A DNA stretch of 60,097 nt, filler included, from Sphacelaria rigidula (Eukaryota): the NCBI GenBank assembly GCA_964200075.2. It is 8 parts of 8 records of this genome, joined end to end, with 100 filler letters (N's around TTAATTAATTAA, not from the genome) between each part and the next. Parts side by side here need not be neighbours in the genome. Positions count along the whole stretch, not along the records: positions 22,578 to 30,001 come from CAXNAA020014986.1; positions 30,102 to 37,525 come from CAXNAA020014987.1; positions 37,626 to 45,049 come from CAXNAA020014988.1; 5 more parts are not named here. The stretch is one strand, 5' to 3'. Of this stretch, positions 25,340 through 39,400 are shown piece by piece (position 1 is the first letter of the stretch; each line of letters opens with the position of its first letter). The translations under genes and the position numbers were made by a program. The notes beneath the pieces were generated by a model. The model saw nothing but the letters and a program-made list of their open reading frames with translations, did no database searches and was not told the origin of the DNA.

Positions 25340-27360
25340 TATGTGAGCTTCGTTGGCCTCCCGTCCAACTGCACGTAGTCGGCTGGCCTCGTCTTCATTT
25401 CTGTGCTATGAAGTCATGAACCTCTCCGCTCCCTGCAGCACTCCCGCGTGCCACGGCAACCACCCCTCCTTATTCGCTGCTGAGGGCTATAGGACGCGGT
25501 CAATTCCGAATGTCTGGCGATTGTCGTCCGTGGAGCCGTCTGTAGCCCCGAAAGCGTGGAGATCGTCGCTGAGGCACTTTAGCCAGTTTCGCTCCGGGCA
25601 CCCTGGTCCTGGATCCCCCACCCCGACTAGTGTTCCTAATGCTATTCGCTTCGGTAGTCGTCCATCCGGTTGTCTAGCTAGGGCTTCCGCGAATAGCAGT
25701 CGTCGTTGCCGGACGGTGGCTTCGGCACTTTGGCATCCGGTTTTCTTGAGGGCCTGTGCATACGACAGCTGTCAGTATGTGCCGCGCACTCGACGGTACC
25801 CGAGGACTCGCAGGAGGAGCCGGTAGTGCACCTTTCTCAGCAAGTCGTAGTATTCGCGGCGCGGGGCCCACGTCATGCATCCGTATAGCAGGGCTTCCAT
25901 CGCCTCCGCTTTCAGCAGTCGGACCTTGAGTCTCCATGGTGCTTTCGGTCGGTCAAAGAGCTCCCGAGAGAACTTCCTGATGCACGCTCACGCTGCTCTG
26001 CTCCGATTGTTGATTCCTTGCTTGAGTCCGCCCGTGACGAGCCCGCTCAAGTATCGGAAACTACTTTTCTGGGCACATTTCTGGCCCGCTGCTTCGATGA
26101 TCAGCGGTGGGGGAAATGGTGTTGGTGACTCCCCCTTCTTCGGTGCTTGCCTCGGTACTCGCATCAAGAGAGTCTCCGTCTTCTTCTCCGATACGGTTAG
26201 TCCAAAGGCCCCAAACACTTAAAAGGCCCCAAACACGTTCACTATGGTGGTTATCATCCTCGCCAGTCCGTCGGGGGATCTCGGGATGACGCCGGCATCG
26301 TCGGCATACAGTATTCTCCAAACCGTTCTCCGTACGCGTTCCAGCGGTGTCTCCGCCCCCCTCCCCGTCTCCTCATCCAGATATAACATGTCCTTGATAA
26401 TGATATCATCCTCGTTGAATCGCACGAGGACTATCTCGAGCTGCCGCGAAGAAGATGTTGAACAGCAGGGGAGACAGTACACATCCTTGCCGTAGTTTCC
26501 TGTGTGACTTCAAACCACTCCGAGCGCTCCCCGTCGTCCATGCGTACCCGGGCCTGCATACCGTCGTGGAATTGGTGGATAAATGCTATCATCTCATCCG
26601 GGGTACCAGCTCGGGCCAGTACCTGCCACAGAAGCTCTCGGTCGACCGAGCACATGTTCAGCGGTATTCCCCGCCGCCGTCCCAGCTCCTGAAGTCGGCG
26701 CACTACAAACAGCATGTCGGCAATGGGTCGGTCAGGTCGGAAGCCGCACTGTTCCTCCGGTAATATCCCGTGCGTTTCGCAGTAGTCGCTGAGGCGGTTG
26801 GCCACTATCTTCAGGGGCACTTTCCCTTCGTGCGATACCAGAGAGATCCCCCTGTAGTTATTACAGTTGGACCGGTCTGATTTCTTGTGCAGCACCTTGA
26901 TCGTTGCATATTTCCACTCCTGCGGAACCTCCCCTCCGTTCCACACCTCGACGAGAATGGTATGGAAGCGTTCGAGGATGATGGGCTCGGCGCGGGCGTC
27001 GATCTTGAGTAGCTCCACAGAAAGGGAGTCATGTCCTGGCGTTTTCCAGTTGTGCATCCCTCGGACTGCTCGTCTGATTTCCTCCAGTGTTGATACTGCC
27101 CCAAGCGGTACTGATTCCCCGGTGGTTGACACTGTCGGTCGCTGCTTCACCTCCTCGACGATGGCTGGGTTCACCGTGGGCGATTCGGCGTTGAGCAGGG
27201 TGCGTGAGAATCTCGCCCACCGTTTAAGGATGGCAATTTTGTTCCTCAGTAGGACGCCGTTCTCGTCCTTTATGAACTTCTGCCCCCCGAATTGCATTCC
27301 ACCAAGACCCACCGATCTCTTGAGGTGTTTGTACAGGCCTCTCATGTCGCTATCCTTGTA
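25340..27360 (-). mobile_element. 5'-truncated, frameshifted RTE-like LINE (reverse transcriptase ORF2)
   Basis: RT motifs [74 protein letters not shown] and FRYLSG. Part of the F.DL.KA.D motif is deleted, and there are several frameshifts. Confidence 0.92.
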
Positions 27361-28835
27361 GATCGCCGACGGTGGAAAAGGAAATGTCCCATTTGATAGG
27401 TCGTAATTTCAACCAACCATCGTCGTTAATTTTGAAGATGGCTGAAGTCGTGACCTATCGGATCGAGATATTTATTTTGCACCGCACTTTTTCGATAGAA
27501 ACGTGATGTGCTAAGACACGGTCTCAGTGGTCTCTTCGAGAGAGAAATCAAATTTTGCACGGCATCAGCATTGAAAGTCTTCAGGGTTATTCTTGGTGTT
27601 TTCTCGCGTACTACTATTCAATATAACTCGAAAGTGTCAGCGTCGGTAGATTTCTGTACAATATAGAGATCGTCCGCAAAACACGGTACCCAAGTTAGTG
27701 TTACTCAGTGTTATCGGACGATTCGAGTAGATCCCCCGTTTATTAGGAGGATGTTATTGACCGTGAGACACAGTTTTTCGGCTCTAATGCAATGAGTATG
27801 TAGAACTAAAGAAAAACAATCATTTTAGTTTCTTCACAAATACAATCGGAATAGTCTTGATCGATGGGAAATGCCGAAGAGTCAGAATCTGGGCTGAAAA
27901 GTGGCAGGACTCTCGATTACCGGTCAGCTCGTAAAATCACTCAGCATTGAGTACTGTACAGAAGATTTTTGTTTTTTGAAGTGTGGGGCGAATACGAGTA
28001 TCTTCATATCCTCGATGTGGTGAGTGGTGGCACGCGAAAGAGCCTAGGAAAATCGCCAATAACGAAGAAACTACAAAGTGAATAGTTTAGACGCTAACTG
28101 TTATATACCCAGTAATAATGGGCATATTTTGAAAATGAAATCATGTTCAACAGTATTGCACAGTTTTTGTGTGGCACCGAGTTCATAGGTTCAGGTCGTT
28201 ATAAAATAAGCCGAGGTTTGATGCAGGTACCAGCACAGGTATATATACCACAGGAGAGTACGGATACACTGTGGCCTTAATCCGAATACATTTGTTTTAA
28301 CCTGAAAAAAGGGGGTCCTAGAAAATAGGGTCGAACATTCAACCGGGGTTTAACCCACCTTCCGAATATTCACATTTTCCCCGGAATAGTTTTGTAAAAC
28401 GGAAGCAGTGGCGAGTAGTTCGTTTCTGTTGAATAATCCGTTTGGGACCGTTGATGGAAAAATGGCGATTTTCAATTGACTTTTCCAAAGATATGGTTGC
28501 TTTTCTGCAATTGTTGATGATGCAGCCCTCCCAAATGGTGCACTCCTCTAAGTTCAAGTATGCAAATGGGACAGATTCGTGAACAGAACTCGATCGAAGT
28601 AATGTTTTCCCGGTGACTGAAGCTCCCTAACGGGAGTTTGTACTGTCTTTCGCAAGTTCCAAAAGGGTTAAGCAGGTGTGGCTAGGTGCACCTGATGAAA
28701 TCGATGTACACGTCTGTCGATGACGATGCCACAGGAGGAGCAATGGCGAAGAGCTCCTCGCCCGTATCCTTTGTGCGTCTTCGTCGATTACTCCAAAATC
28801 GCTGGAGAGATTGGCATCACGTTACCACCACATGA

Positions 28836-29956
28836 CAGTGGATCCTGGAAAATGGGGTTGATATAAAAAATGAGGTTCAAGTTGCAAATCATTTTTGCAG
28901 GGGTGACGCGAAACAGTTGTACAGAGCTAAACCATCTTTTCCCCCAAAAGTCTGCAGCAGTGAAGCAGTTGTGGCTGGGTGCAACGAACGAATGCGGAGT
29001 ACACGCGTGTCGATGACGATATCACCAGAGAGAGAAGTAGCGGCAGAGAGGGAGCACCTCGCCCGTGTTATTTGTGTGTCCTCGCTCGGCGATCACCAAT
29101 CGCTCGAGAGACTGGCATAATGCATGTTACCAGCATGTACCCAATTTCTCATGTGCCGGTAGGCGACTGATGCCGAGATAGCCCCCCCCCCGAACCGACC
29201 AAAAAAGTGCATGGAAGCGATAACCATAAATGCCGTTAAAGCTGGTTTCGTGCTGCACGACACGACTCATTCGGGCGTTATAGCTGATTTCGGACTGCTC
29301 CAAGCCTCTCATGTGGGCGAAACTGCTGTAAACGAGCCAAATAATGGGATCGCAGCCGGTTTGTCGGACGGTCTCAGGTGCAATTTTTGAGAGGGGGCTA
29401 TCTCGGCATTAGTCAGGCATGTTATTACATTGCTGCGCACAGCCACCCAAAGAACATCGAGGTGCGGAGGGATCTCGTCTCTTCTTGCCTGTGGAGCTCA
29501 CCAATGAGAAGATCGATCTCTTTCTGCTTCTCGTTTTGGACAAGACGCACCTCTGTGCGCTGAAAAACATGTCGTTGAAAAACAGGGCAATGTTCCCGTC
29601 ACCGCTACTGTTGTCTGTCACACACATGCCAGCAAGGACGGTGCTGCGGCAATAACAGATCCAATTTGAACTGGGGGGGGGTGTTATTCATCGTTGACTT
29701 ACCCATCGTGTCACCATCTGGGCGCCCGACGACAAGAGCATGCGACACGCCAGTTGGGGGGGGTGTATGAGAGATCAAACACTTGTGGAGACCTTCTTGA
29801 CATGCGGAGTGAAAAGGAATACCTATGGTGGTGACCTAACTATTGCTAGCGTGGTGCAGAGGGGCGCGTCCATGCTGCAATGTGGAGCACACACTGGCTG
29901 CGTAAACACCTCGGTACAGTAGCTTTCCAGAATTAATTCCGATGTGAGGAGGTTAT
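28836..29956 (+). mobile_element. CAGTGGATCCTGGAAAATGGGG family, copy 2, containing a nested MITE
   Basis: Colinear similarity with 13041-13893. A partial extra copy of the interior lies at ~28670-28825. Confidence 0.7.
29165..29414. mobile_element. 250-bp MITE with ~21-bp TIRs and 4-bp TSD (AGGC)
   Basis: Termini GACTGATGCCGAGATAGCCCCC ... GGGGGCTATCTCGGCATTAGTC. AGGC lies at 29161-29164 and 29415-29418. The MITE is absent from copy 1 of the host repeat. Confidence 0.8.
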
Positions 29957-30101
29957 AACAGGGTTGCCAGAAAAATGAGAACGTATTTTGAAATGAGAAT
30001 CNNNNNNNNNNNNNNNNNNNNNNNNNNNNNNNNNNNNNNNNNNNNTTAATTAATTAANNNNNNNNNNNNNNNNNNNNNNNNNNNNNNNNNNNNNNNNNNN
30101 N

Positions 30102-30222
30102 CCTTGGAGGGTGTTTCAGTTTCATTTTTTTCGGGGTACGCCCATCATGAGACCACGGCTGGATCATGACTACCTGGGGGGTCAGTTAAAGTGCGACAAT
30201 CAATCAATCAATCAATCAATCA
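30102..30222 (+). repeat. Retroposon 3'-end family with (TCAA)n tail; other copies ~30921-31040(-), 38093-38185(-), 39480-39568(+), 40590-40708(+)
   Basis: Shared GACCACGGCTGGA..CC..GGGG.TCAGTT.AAGTGCGA.AATCAATCAATC, preceded by T-rich sequence (usually containing GTGTTTCAGTTT). Confidence 0.7.
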
Positions 30223-30734
30223 ATTGTAGCACCCCACACTTTTATAGTGTGGGGAAATTTCATTTATAGGAGTGTACCGCACCAGCAGGGGAAAACGCAA
30301 GGCATGAACGGGCTGCAGCAGGTTTGTCACAGAGTCCCCCCACAAAAAAGAGACTATCAGTATTACAAGAGGTGTCGGTAGTTTTGCCTGTACGGGATGA
30401 AGAGCCCGCGTGACAGTGCGACTCACGTGGTGGGACATGACTACAACAGCTGTGTGCGACTACTGCTAAATACTGTACGCATCTTGAACAGCGCAATAAC
30501 AAAGTCGGGTGAGAGACTTGATCAGCTTCAAGGGGTCCAAATTTGTGGCTCATGAACGGATTGGCATCACCTGCCCACAAAAATTGTCAAACACACCTGA
30601 AGGCACTCGGGGGCGAAAATACACGTTACTGGCGCTATACTTGTCTATCAGATGATGACCAAGACGGATGGCGTCTGTCTATCCCCGAGAGAGGGCGGTA
30701 AGCACATGAAGTTCGAGGCGAGACTGAGACTCAC

Positions 30735-33700
30735 CAAGACCATCCCGTCTGCTTTTCGTTGCCTGATCTCCGACGCGAGCTTGTTAAAGCACGCCTCTCC
30801 TGTCCATAACTTCAATTCTTCCGTGTCCCCCTACCGCCAGCACACAAACGCGCACGAGAGCAACACTATTACTACTAACAATGTCATTGAGATGCATTCA
30901 GACAGTGATTATGAGTTTTTCATTGATTGGCGCGCTTCAACTGACTCCCCAGGGATCCAGTCGTGGTCATTGTCCACATTATAGACGTACCCACGTACCC
31001 GAGACGAAACCAAACTGAAACACTCGCTGAAGAAAAAGAGGAAAAAAGAGAGAGGGTAGAACAGATCTACAGAGTAAAGTAAGAAAGAAAAAGAAGAGAA
31101 AATAAATAGCAATGTCTGGATAAGTGTCAACACAATATCAACACTGTGAGTCAGTACAGTCAACAGCACCCCGTCTCCATCGTAGAGCTCGACCTCGAAT
31201 GCGACTTCAAATAATACTACAAAAAACATTGCCTTCTCGATATGTACTCAGACCTTCGCCTGCTTGCGCAGTCAATACTATTGCAATACTGCCTGTATAC
31301 ACCTCGCTGAGTATACAGTTTTTAGCAAGCGTGTCACAAATCCCACAAAACTGATGAGGGGATCTGACGAAATGTACGTAAACAATGGTTGGTACTATGG
31401 GGATGCCGCCAACTCTAACGCTAACCCTAACCCTAACCCCGACCAAGGCATACCGAGAACCCTCGGGCAGGGGGGGGCGCCAGAGCTCAAATCGACGCCT
31501 TTGAGCCGATTTCGGACCAAAACACGTTATGGACGAGCTGGGGTCTACTGCTCACCACTGCTCACCTGCCCGAAGTCATGAATTTTCTCAGAACTTTCTT
31601 CCGTCTGAAATCAAGAAAAATCGAGTACCAACCATTGTTCACGTATAATTCGTCAGATCTACTGAAACTGATGTGTGCTACTATACCCGCACCCAGCACT
31701 GCACAACTGGATGTACGCGACGCAAGTGTAACAACTCCGTGTCAATCCCTTCAGCCTCGTTCGTGTCTCACTTTCTCCTCTGCCGTTTTTCTATTTGCTC
31801 GTGAATTGTGGAGCAAGACCTTGACACCGTTTCGCTTGTGGAGCACGACCGTGCAGGCCCGACAAGACGAATCCCGTTTGTTCGTAAACATGCACACATA
31901 CACATACACGCACTCCTCTCGACTCTTGGAGCACACAGGCGGTCCGAAGCATGATCAAACTTTTTCAAACACAGATCACTACCTCCCTGTTCAAGGGGTT
32001 GAATCCTTTGCTGCTTTCGAGTCTCAATCAAGCGGCGACGCTCCCTTATCACTCCTGCTTGAAACAAGTGCTGCTTTCAGGCGGACATGCAGATACGATC
32101 CAGGAGCTACTAGTGGGAAAGATCCAGACGAGACGATCCAGCAGGCTTTGCAACACGACTCACACGCAAAAATGCCGACATGAAGTCCGGCAAGAAGTCC
32201 TCCTGGATGCCGCTTTTCCAGTCCTCCAAAGTAAAAGACGGGTCGAGCCTTCGCAGTTCCCTGACACCAACACCGAGCTCGCTCTCGGCCGTCACACTAT
32301 CCCACGCCGAAGATACCTTGTACACCAGAGGGTGCTGTGTGCCCATCCCGCCGCAGTCGAGGGTCGTAATACATTCGGTATTTTGTACCACGGTAGGACG
32401 TCCATATTACACCACAGTACAACATGGGGCGGTTGAAGCGTTTATCGGTGGTGGTGGTGGTGGGGGTGGGGGTGGGGGTGGGGGTACTCATGATCATGCA
32501 TGCCATAGTCATTAGATCATTGGAGGGGGGGGGGGGGGCAAGGGGAATGAATTATTACGGTAAGTGTTGGGGTCATGTCGATGATGGGAGCAAGCACTGT
32601 GACTACAGTAGCGCTGGAAAGTCGGTACCGTGATGGGGATAACGTTGCAATTGTTCACAAGTGATGTTACCATCGCGAGGTTGAAGGCGAGGTCGAAGGT
32701 TCGTAAAGGCCACGCCGATATTGCTGTCTCTCCAAATTTATATCCTTCACGACACAAACACCCGTCACATTGGATAGTGAAACCGTAGATTTTACGGTGC
32801 CCAACAGAACGCCGGAACGCCGCATGTCCGAAACATGGCACGTGCAAAATGCCGCCAGTACAATGCTACAAGCCGAAGAAGCCGCGCCAAGGAGAGTCTA
32901 GGCTTTGGATGACGACAGACTACACGTCGTTGGCTACACCGACGACTCTGGTGAAGAATGTCACGTCACTATTCGCCGTAGCAGTAATAAGTCAAAACAC
33001 CACCCACATTTGTCGCCCCTGCGGTATTGCAACACAAGACACGCATCGCACGACACGATAAAAGTTCATACACCACGCGAACACAGCACAAGAATGGGTG
33101 ACCAAACTTGCACGGACGGGCGGTCCACGCCCCAGCGGAGCACGCAAGGCACGAACAGGTGACTACGATCACCTGGCTGGTCTCCCAAGCTTCTTGAACA
33201 TCTTCCACTTTATCTTTTACAGCATCTGTCGCAGCTTTGGCGCCGCGTCCTACGCTACCCTTCGCTACCACCCGGCTCGCCCCCAAAAGCTCCTGAGGGA
33301 CAGAAAACATGTACGTCCACCACGTGTTTTTAGATACACACACGCACGTATACAAGGAGGCCTCAATCGCAGGCCATTAACAGGACTACATCGGTGAAAC
33401 ATCTCCGTATTTTTCGGACCCGACATAACAGTGCTCGGAAGTGATCATACGATAAACTAGGAGTCAACCATTGACTCTTTGATGATGGCATCTTGTAGTA
33501 CTCTATGAAATTGATGGCACATTGAATCGAATGCGGAAGGTACCGCAAGATATACGACCACTGGCTGGGGACAGTATAGTATCTCGCAGGCAAACATGTG
33601 ATACTCATTGTTGGGGCCAGTTGTTTATAATGGCTTACATGTGTCACCGACCAGAGAGGACATTCCACTACAACACCATGCCGAAATTCCCCTTGCTGCA

Positions 33701-36411
33701 CAGAAGAACAACTGGTTGGGTACATTTCGCACGCAAGGGCGTGAAGGACATTTGAAAACCCGTAAGACGTTACGCCACCGTTTTGGGCTTGGCCCCAATC
33801 ATGCCACGACAAACTTGGGATCCTCGACAGCAGCCGCGATTAATTATGCAGGACGTTAGCTCGTTAAGCCCCAAGTGATCGGTATCTGTAGTTTCCGTTA
33901 CAATACCACAAAACGAAAACACGCGACGGAGTGGGTCGGTAGCTGGTCCGTTTGGGTGGCAACTTTGACATCCACGTGCCGGATTCCTGTGCCTGACAGA
34001 CGGAGTGGGTCGGTAGCAGGTGTTGCGGCAGTCGATAGAAGCAACTGCCCATGACTGCCGTCATGGACACATTGAGCCGGAGTGCGAAGCAAACAACGGC
34101 TAACCGGCATGCAGAGCACACGCCAAAACTACGCTCGGAAAAAGTGTCGATGTCGGCCTCGTTCAACCTCTCTCCACTCGAGTCTCCAAAGCCGACGTAA
34201 GTCACTAACGCCACAGCACCCGGTAACTTGTAAACCAAGCAGCAGCACACACACGAACGCTCATGATGCGACAGGCTCCCAAGCGAGTACCGTGCGAAAA
34301 AAGGGCCGCACCTGGATAATGGGAGCCTCCTTGAGTCTCTCTTGCAGCCGTTTCCAGGCTTCTCCCGCGCTTTTGACTATCATGAGGGAACCTACGCCAC
34401 CCTTATTTTCCTCTTCTTCCTCGTCTTCCCCCTCCTCCTCTTTGCCCACACCGTCTTTGCTACCGTCGGCGGCTGCTTTATTGGTGGGCTTCTTGACCTT
34501 CGGTTGCTTGAGTTTTTTAACGACCGCGCTTTCTTTTCTTTCCGTTGTCTCCCCGCCTTTGGAACCAAACAGTTCCGCCGACGCACTCGAGACGTTTTCT
34601 CGGAACTTTTGCATGCTGGTTCTGGCCAGCGAAATATCGCCCGCACAGATCAAGCACGATATGTAACAGCACGCAAAAAATGTCATTAGTGTCGAGTCAT
34701 GTGACAGTCTCGACGATTCGAATAGCAAAAAACACGCCGAATACAACAAGGGAGAAATGAACAAGTGGGTACAGTACAGCACTATCTTTTTTTTTTTTAC
34801 CATCATACGTTCAACCCTCAATATCTCTTCCTCGGGGCGAATTTGTTGTCTCGGGGGGATCAACTCCTCCTTGCGCCGGTGAATACTCGACATTTTGGTA
34901 TGGTGGATTGCATCATGACTATAAACACTATCAGCACTCAGGCACCGTGTCAAATTTCGGAATATCTCCGTTGTAACTTGATCGCACATCTTGCTCAACC
35001 ATAAGCAGTCTCAACATGTACCATGTTGAAGTCAGACAGACCACCGGGGCGCAGCGGAAATTAATCACGAGTGTCTTTCAAGGATACACAACTATTTCAC
35101 ATTGGTGACACCATCGAACGATGAATTCTTGTTTACCCTTTCTGAGGAGAAAATCCAGATTCGAATGACGCCCCCCATCAATTTGACAGCAAAAAATCAA
35201 AAACTCCAAAAGTTGAGCAGGCCGGCAAGGAAAAGTCGTAAAATTTGTGCGGGACCTCAAAAGTGGTGAGTGACGAACAAGCAGGGTTCACCAACTCAGG
35301 GGCAAGTCTCTTGCGGAGATTATTGATCTTTGCGATCCGACACACGCAAAAACCATGTTATATATGGGGTGGGGGGAGGATTGTCCTCGCCGTTAGCCGG
35401 CGACAAAGGTTACCTCGATTCACCTCTTCTCGTCAATTACCGCAAGAAGTAGCTTCACAGGGGGGAATGTGGATACTGCCACATAAAAGGGGAAAATCCC
35501 ACAAGTTTCTGTATAGGACACATCACCTTTGCACCCTCACAAATATTCGGGAATGCGCCATCCTGCGAGGGATAAGCACAATTCGCTCCCCTCCCCTCCC
35601 CTTATCCCCCGTCCTCACTCTGCCTTGGAGTACAAATAATCCACGACGTCGGAACAATGGAATAAACATGGAGACAGACACTTTAGTCACCTTCACAACC
35701 TTGTATCGCGCGCCAATTCTACAGACCCGCGGAAGAGCACACCCGACACAGAAACGTTGAAGTTGCTTCAGACCGTAAAAAAAACTACGTACTTCGATTC
35801 ATCCCTTCGTGCTGCACCGAGCTACACGAACCCAGCATTGCAGCCCCGCCCAACAAACTACAGAGGAGGTGGAGGGCATCACTACACCAATAGTCCGCAT
35901 TGCCTGCTAATCTCTGTACGAACACATACCGAACTTTTCAATACCTTCCGCGCGTGTCATGACAAAGGGCGATTTGTTGCGCTTCATTCAAGCCACAGCC
36001 CGAGCCTGTCGCCTCGTCTTCTAAACCGCGAGCAAACCAAATAGCTTGACTGCAGCAGGCAGCCCTGCTCTGTAAGTACGTGGACCACGAAGGCGGTACC
36101 TTTAGGCGTTAAGCGAGGGTGAAGATCGATTGACAGTACGTCGTACTTCGTACTTTATAACTGGTTACGACACACTGGTGATACAGCTGCCGATTGCCAA
36201 CACGATACGATAAATCATATTGATTCGGTATACCGTCCAATAAACTACTCACTTCATCTTCACAAATATGGAATTCTCGTCCAAGGCTTTTTGCGTATCC
36301 GAGAATTTCTCCTTCGACGCCCGGACGAATTCGTTTTCCGCTTCCTCCCCTCCTGCGCCTTCCTTGTCCCCACCGCCTACCCCGCCAACGTTGCCCAGTT
36401 TCTCCTTCAGC
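30735..36411 (-). CDS. TIM44: Mitochondrial import inner membrane translocase subunit TIM44 (partial; exons 36253-36411, 34312-34621, 33173-33292, 32164-32334, 30735-30830)
   Basis: Five GT-AG exons with matching phases give ...EAWKRLQERLKEAPIIQ/ELLGAS...KDKVEDVQEAWETSQ/HPLVYKVSSAWDSVTAESELGVGVRELRRLDPSFTLEDWKSGIQEDFLPDFMSAFLR/GDTEELKLWTGEACFNKLASEIRQRKADGMVL. These are Tim44 signatures (WETS..P.V; DP.F....F; A.L.GD...LK.WC.E). The N- and C-terminal exons were not found in the contig. Confidence 0.88.
31405..31445 (+). repeat. Interstitial telomere-like (CCCTAA)n tract in a TIM44 intron
   Basis: CTCTAACGCTAACCCTAACCCTAACCCC. Confidence 0.6.
32630..32810 (-). mobile_element. Possible PIF/Harbinger transposase remnant in a TIM44 intron
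   Basis: RKIYGFTIQCDGC...YKFGETAISAWPLRTFDLAF loosely resembles Harbinger RK.FYxxNVQxxCD..xKF.....xPGSxHD.xAF. Confidence 0.25.
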
Positions 36412-39400
36412 CTGGTTATCAGATAGCCAACAGAAATCGATATACTTGGGGTACCGAAAGACAAGAATATAACTCGATGCCGACACACATACGCGCAAGC
36501 ACCGCCGCGAAGCTGTCTAGAAAAAATCGCACCCACCGGACGGTAGGTTTCGTTCCACACCTCGACGAGGGATACATGCAAGTGATTTCCCTTGGATCAC
36601 CTCCGACGCGACGGGGCCGAAATTAAACGATAGAAAAAAGGGTCACCAGTACTAAAAGAGTTGAGATCGCACCGAACCAGGGGATATGCACATCCCTAGG
36701 TACTCCACACTGAATGTGGCGGCAGACTCTGAGGTTACTACTCGAGGGGCGAGGTTACAGGGAGAGAGGGGTCGTGAATGGGGTTCACAACGGCACCACT
36801 CGATAACTCAAGATACGAGAAGGCCGGCACACCCTGAGTCATTCCGACGTAATCCTCGAACCGTTCACGACAACACCGCCAGCAAGGAAGTGTCTGTCGC
36901 TGGAATGCTTGCTATATACGATTTGTCGATAACTTTGAAATACACAGCGATGTGTTGCAACATGCAATGGTCGTGACGGTAAACAACAATGGTAGTACGG
37001 TAAATCTGTTTCAGCTTCAGGACCATCGACCGCTATTTCTAGGTCTGATTTCGTCATCCCTTGCATGATCATGTGAACGAGAGGTATATCTACGCAGCTC
37101 TTCTTCGGCCATGGGGGGATCAGCACTCTGCGAGCGTTGGCGGGTACATAAAAAATCTGCTCTTTGCAAAGTACTGGTTTGTACATGCTTCCACGCGCTG
37201 AATCCCCGCTACATATCTCGTTTGAAAACCTCATGCTAACATACGCCGCATCGAAGGTGTGTTGTAGTGAAAGCGTTTTCCCGAAGAATCTGTCAGCAGT
37301 AACATCACCCCAACCCTAGCCTTGACCATTTGTCCCAGCCTCGTTAGACATAGCAGAAACGACCACCCAAACCAATTATTGCTTTCCACACTAAAAATGC
37401 ACACGCCGTTCTCTCGAATAGCTGGGGGGGGTGGGGGGGGGCGTACTCATTTGTTGCTTGCCCTAGTCGTTGGACTATTATAACACCATCACCCCTTTGG
37501 AGGGGGGGCGGTGGGTGGGAAAACGNNNNNNNNNNNNNNNNNNNNNNNNNNNNNNNNNNNNNNNNNNNNTTAATTAATTAANNNNNNNNNNNNNNNNNNN
37601 NNNNNNNNNNNNNNNNNNNNNNNNNCCGTCTCGAAAGGGATGCGTGGTCAATGGTCAAATGACTAAGGCAAGCAACAAATGAGTACGCCCCCCCCCAGGA
37701 CATCATGATGAAAATGTTTTTCGAGACTGGTTGGAAATCCTGAAATATGTCGAGCCACTCAAAAAACATTTCGACTGTGTGAGAATATCGGAAGCCCCGC
37801 ATCGTGATCATCAGTCTATCACGTTGAGACACGTTCATGAATAGCAGTCACCTCTTGCGGCGCGCACGATGGCTCCAGTGACGAATGTGTGTGCGGAGTG
37901 TACTCACGATCTTGCATGCCGTAGTCAATGACCATTGACCTCGCATCCCTATAAAGCCCGGACGGAGCATGCCGGGTTTCCGCCGGACCAGGTTTGCAAT
38001 CACCGAGCGCGGAGCGCCGTGATGTGTCCGACCGGTCGCATGACGGGTGGGCTGCATCCTGCTAAGATTTTTCGGCCCGAAGCGTACTTATTTTGATTGA
38101 TTGATTATCGCACTTTAACTGACCTCCAGGGGTCCAGCCGTGGTCTCGTGATAGACGTACCCAACAAGAACAAAACTGAAACACGAAGCACTTATTATCT
38201 TGCATTTGGGCGACAGCCAACAATGAGTTGCTTCATTTTCTGGTATCGCCAGTTCCACAGACAGCCACGGGTCATACACTACCTCATTGGTGTCTCACCA
38301 TTTGAACACTACGCAGTATCATCATTCCCCTTGCGCGAAATCGAGGTTCTCCCACTCCGCATAACATGATCTAGCTCGACCACCGTCATGGTTACCGCAA
38401 AGGAAAACGCAAGCGCGCGAAACAAATCGGTAATAACCTGGTTGCCTAGCTTACGCGGTGAGTGACGCGTTTTACAGCGTCATTGTCAACCTACGCCAAC
38501 CCCACAGGGTGGGGTGGGGTGGGGGGCATAGTTTCCGCGAGACAGGCTGTATGACACTCAATGCTTGTGCTGTTTACAAGATTAGTCACAAATGCTTCGT
38601 CTACCGTGCAGTAGGACAGTTGTTTAGTTGTACGTTCCGGTTCAGTGAAATTGCGCCGCATTCTCCTTGTGGCAAACGTTTCTTTTGGTTTTCGTTTGTA
38701 TTGTCGGTAAGACCCGAGCATGTCATTGTGGGCGAATCATATGACTTCCTCGATTCATTTTTGCGAGTCCTCTTTGTATAGGTTCCGTTAAGGCCGGTCT
38801 CGTCAAGGCAGACCTCAAAAAATCACACACTATGAAACAATTATTTGGCGATTCATACCCTGTGATCGGTAGCTGCTGCTCTGTGACTGGTGGTTGATCA
38901 GTATCTTATTTGTCGAGCACGAGGTGTAAATCGTGCAGTATTTTTTCTGCTTTTTTAGCAATTTTTTGGGTCCGGTCAAGATACGCGCTTAACTTGTTCG
39001 AGCCAGAATCTGGCGCAAGAAACTGGCATGTCAAGCACATGAAAGTCCAACGGTTGTAGGCTGACACCCCGGCACCTCGCCGTAGCATCTATCACAAGGA
39101 CATCAACCGTACATCGATGGCGTAGGTTTGACCCCGCCGATTCCTCTGACTTACGATTTGTCCCCGTGGGCGGCGGGAACGATCTGTTGATACTCTAAAC
39201 GTACGTTTACCTTCCTCTCTTGTACTTTTAGCGTTTTGATTATTTTCCCATCGTGACCGGTTGTTTGTGTTCTTTTTCCCATTCCCCCCCCCCTTTTTCT
39301 TCTTCTCTTTTCTTTTTTTTTCTTTATTTTTTTTTTTTTTTTTTTTTTTTTTCTTCTTTTTTTTTTTTTTCTGTTTTTGTGTGTCTCTCGTGTTTACTCC

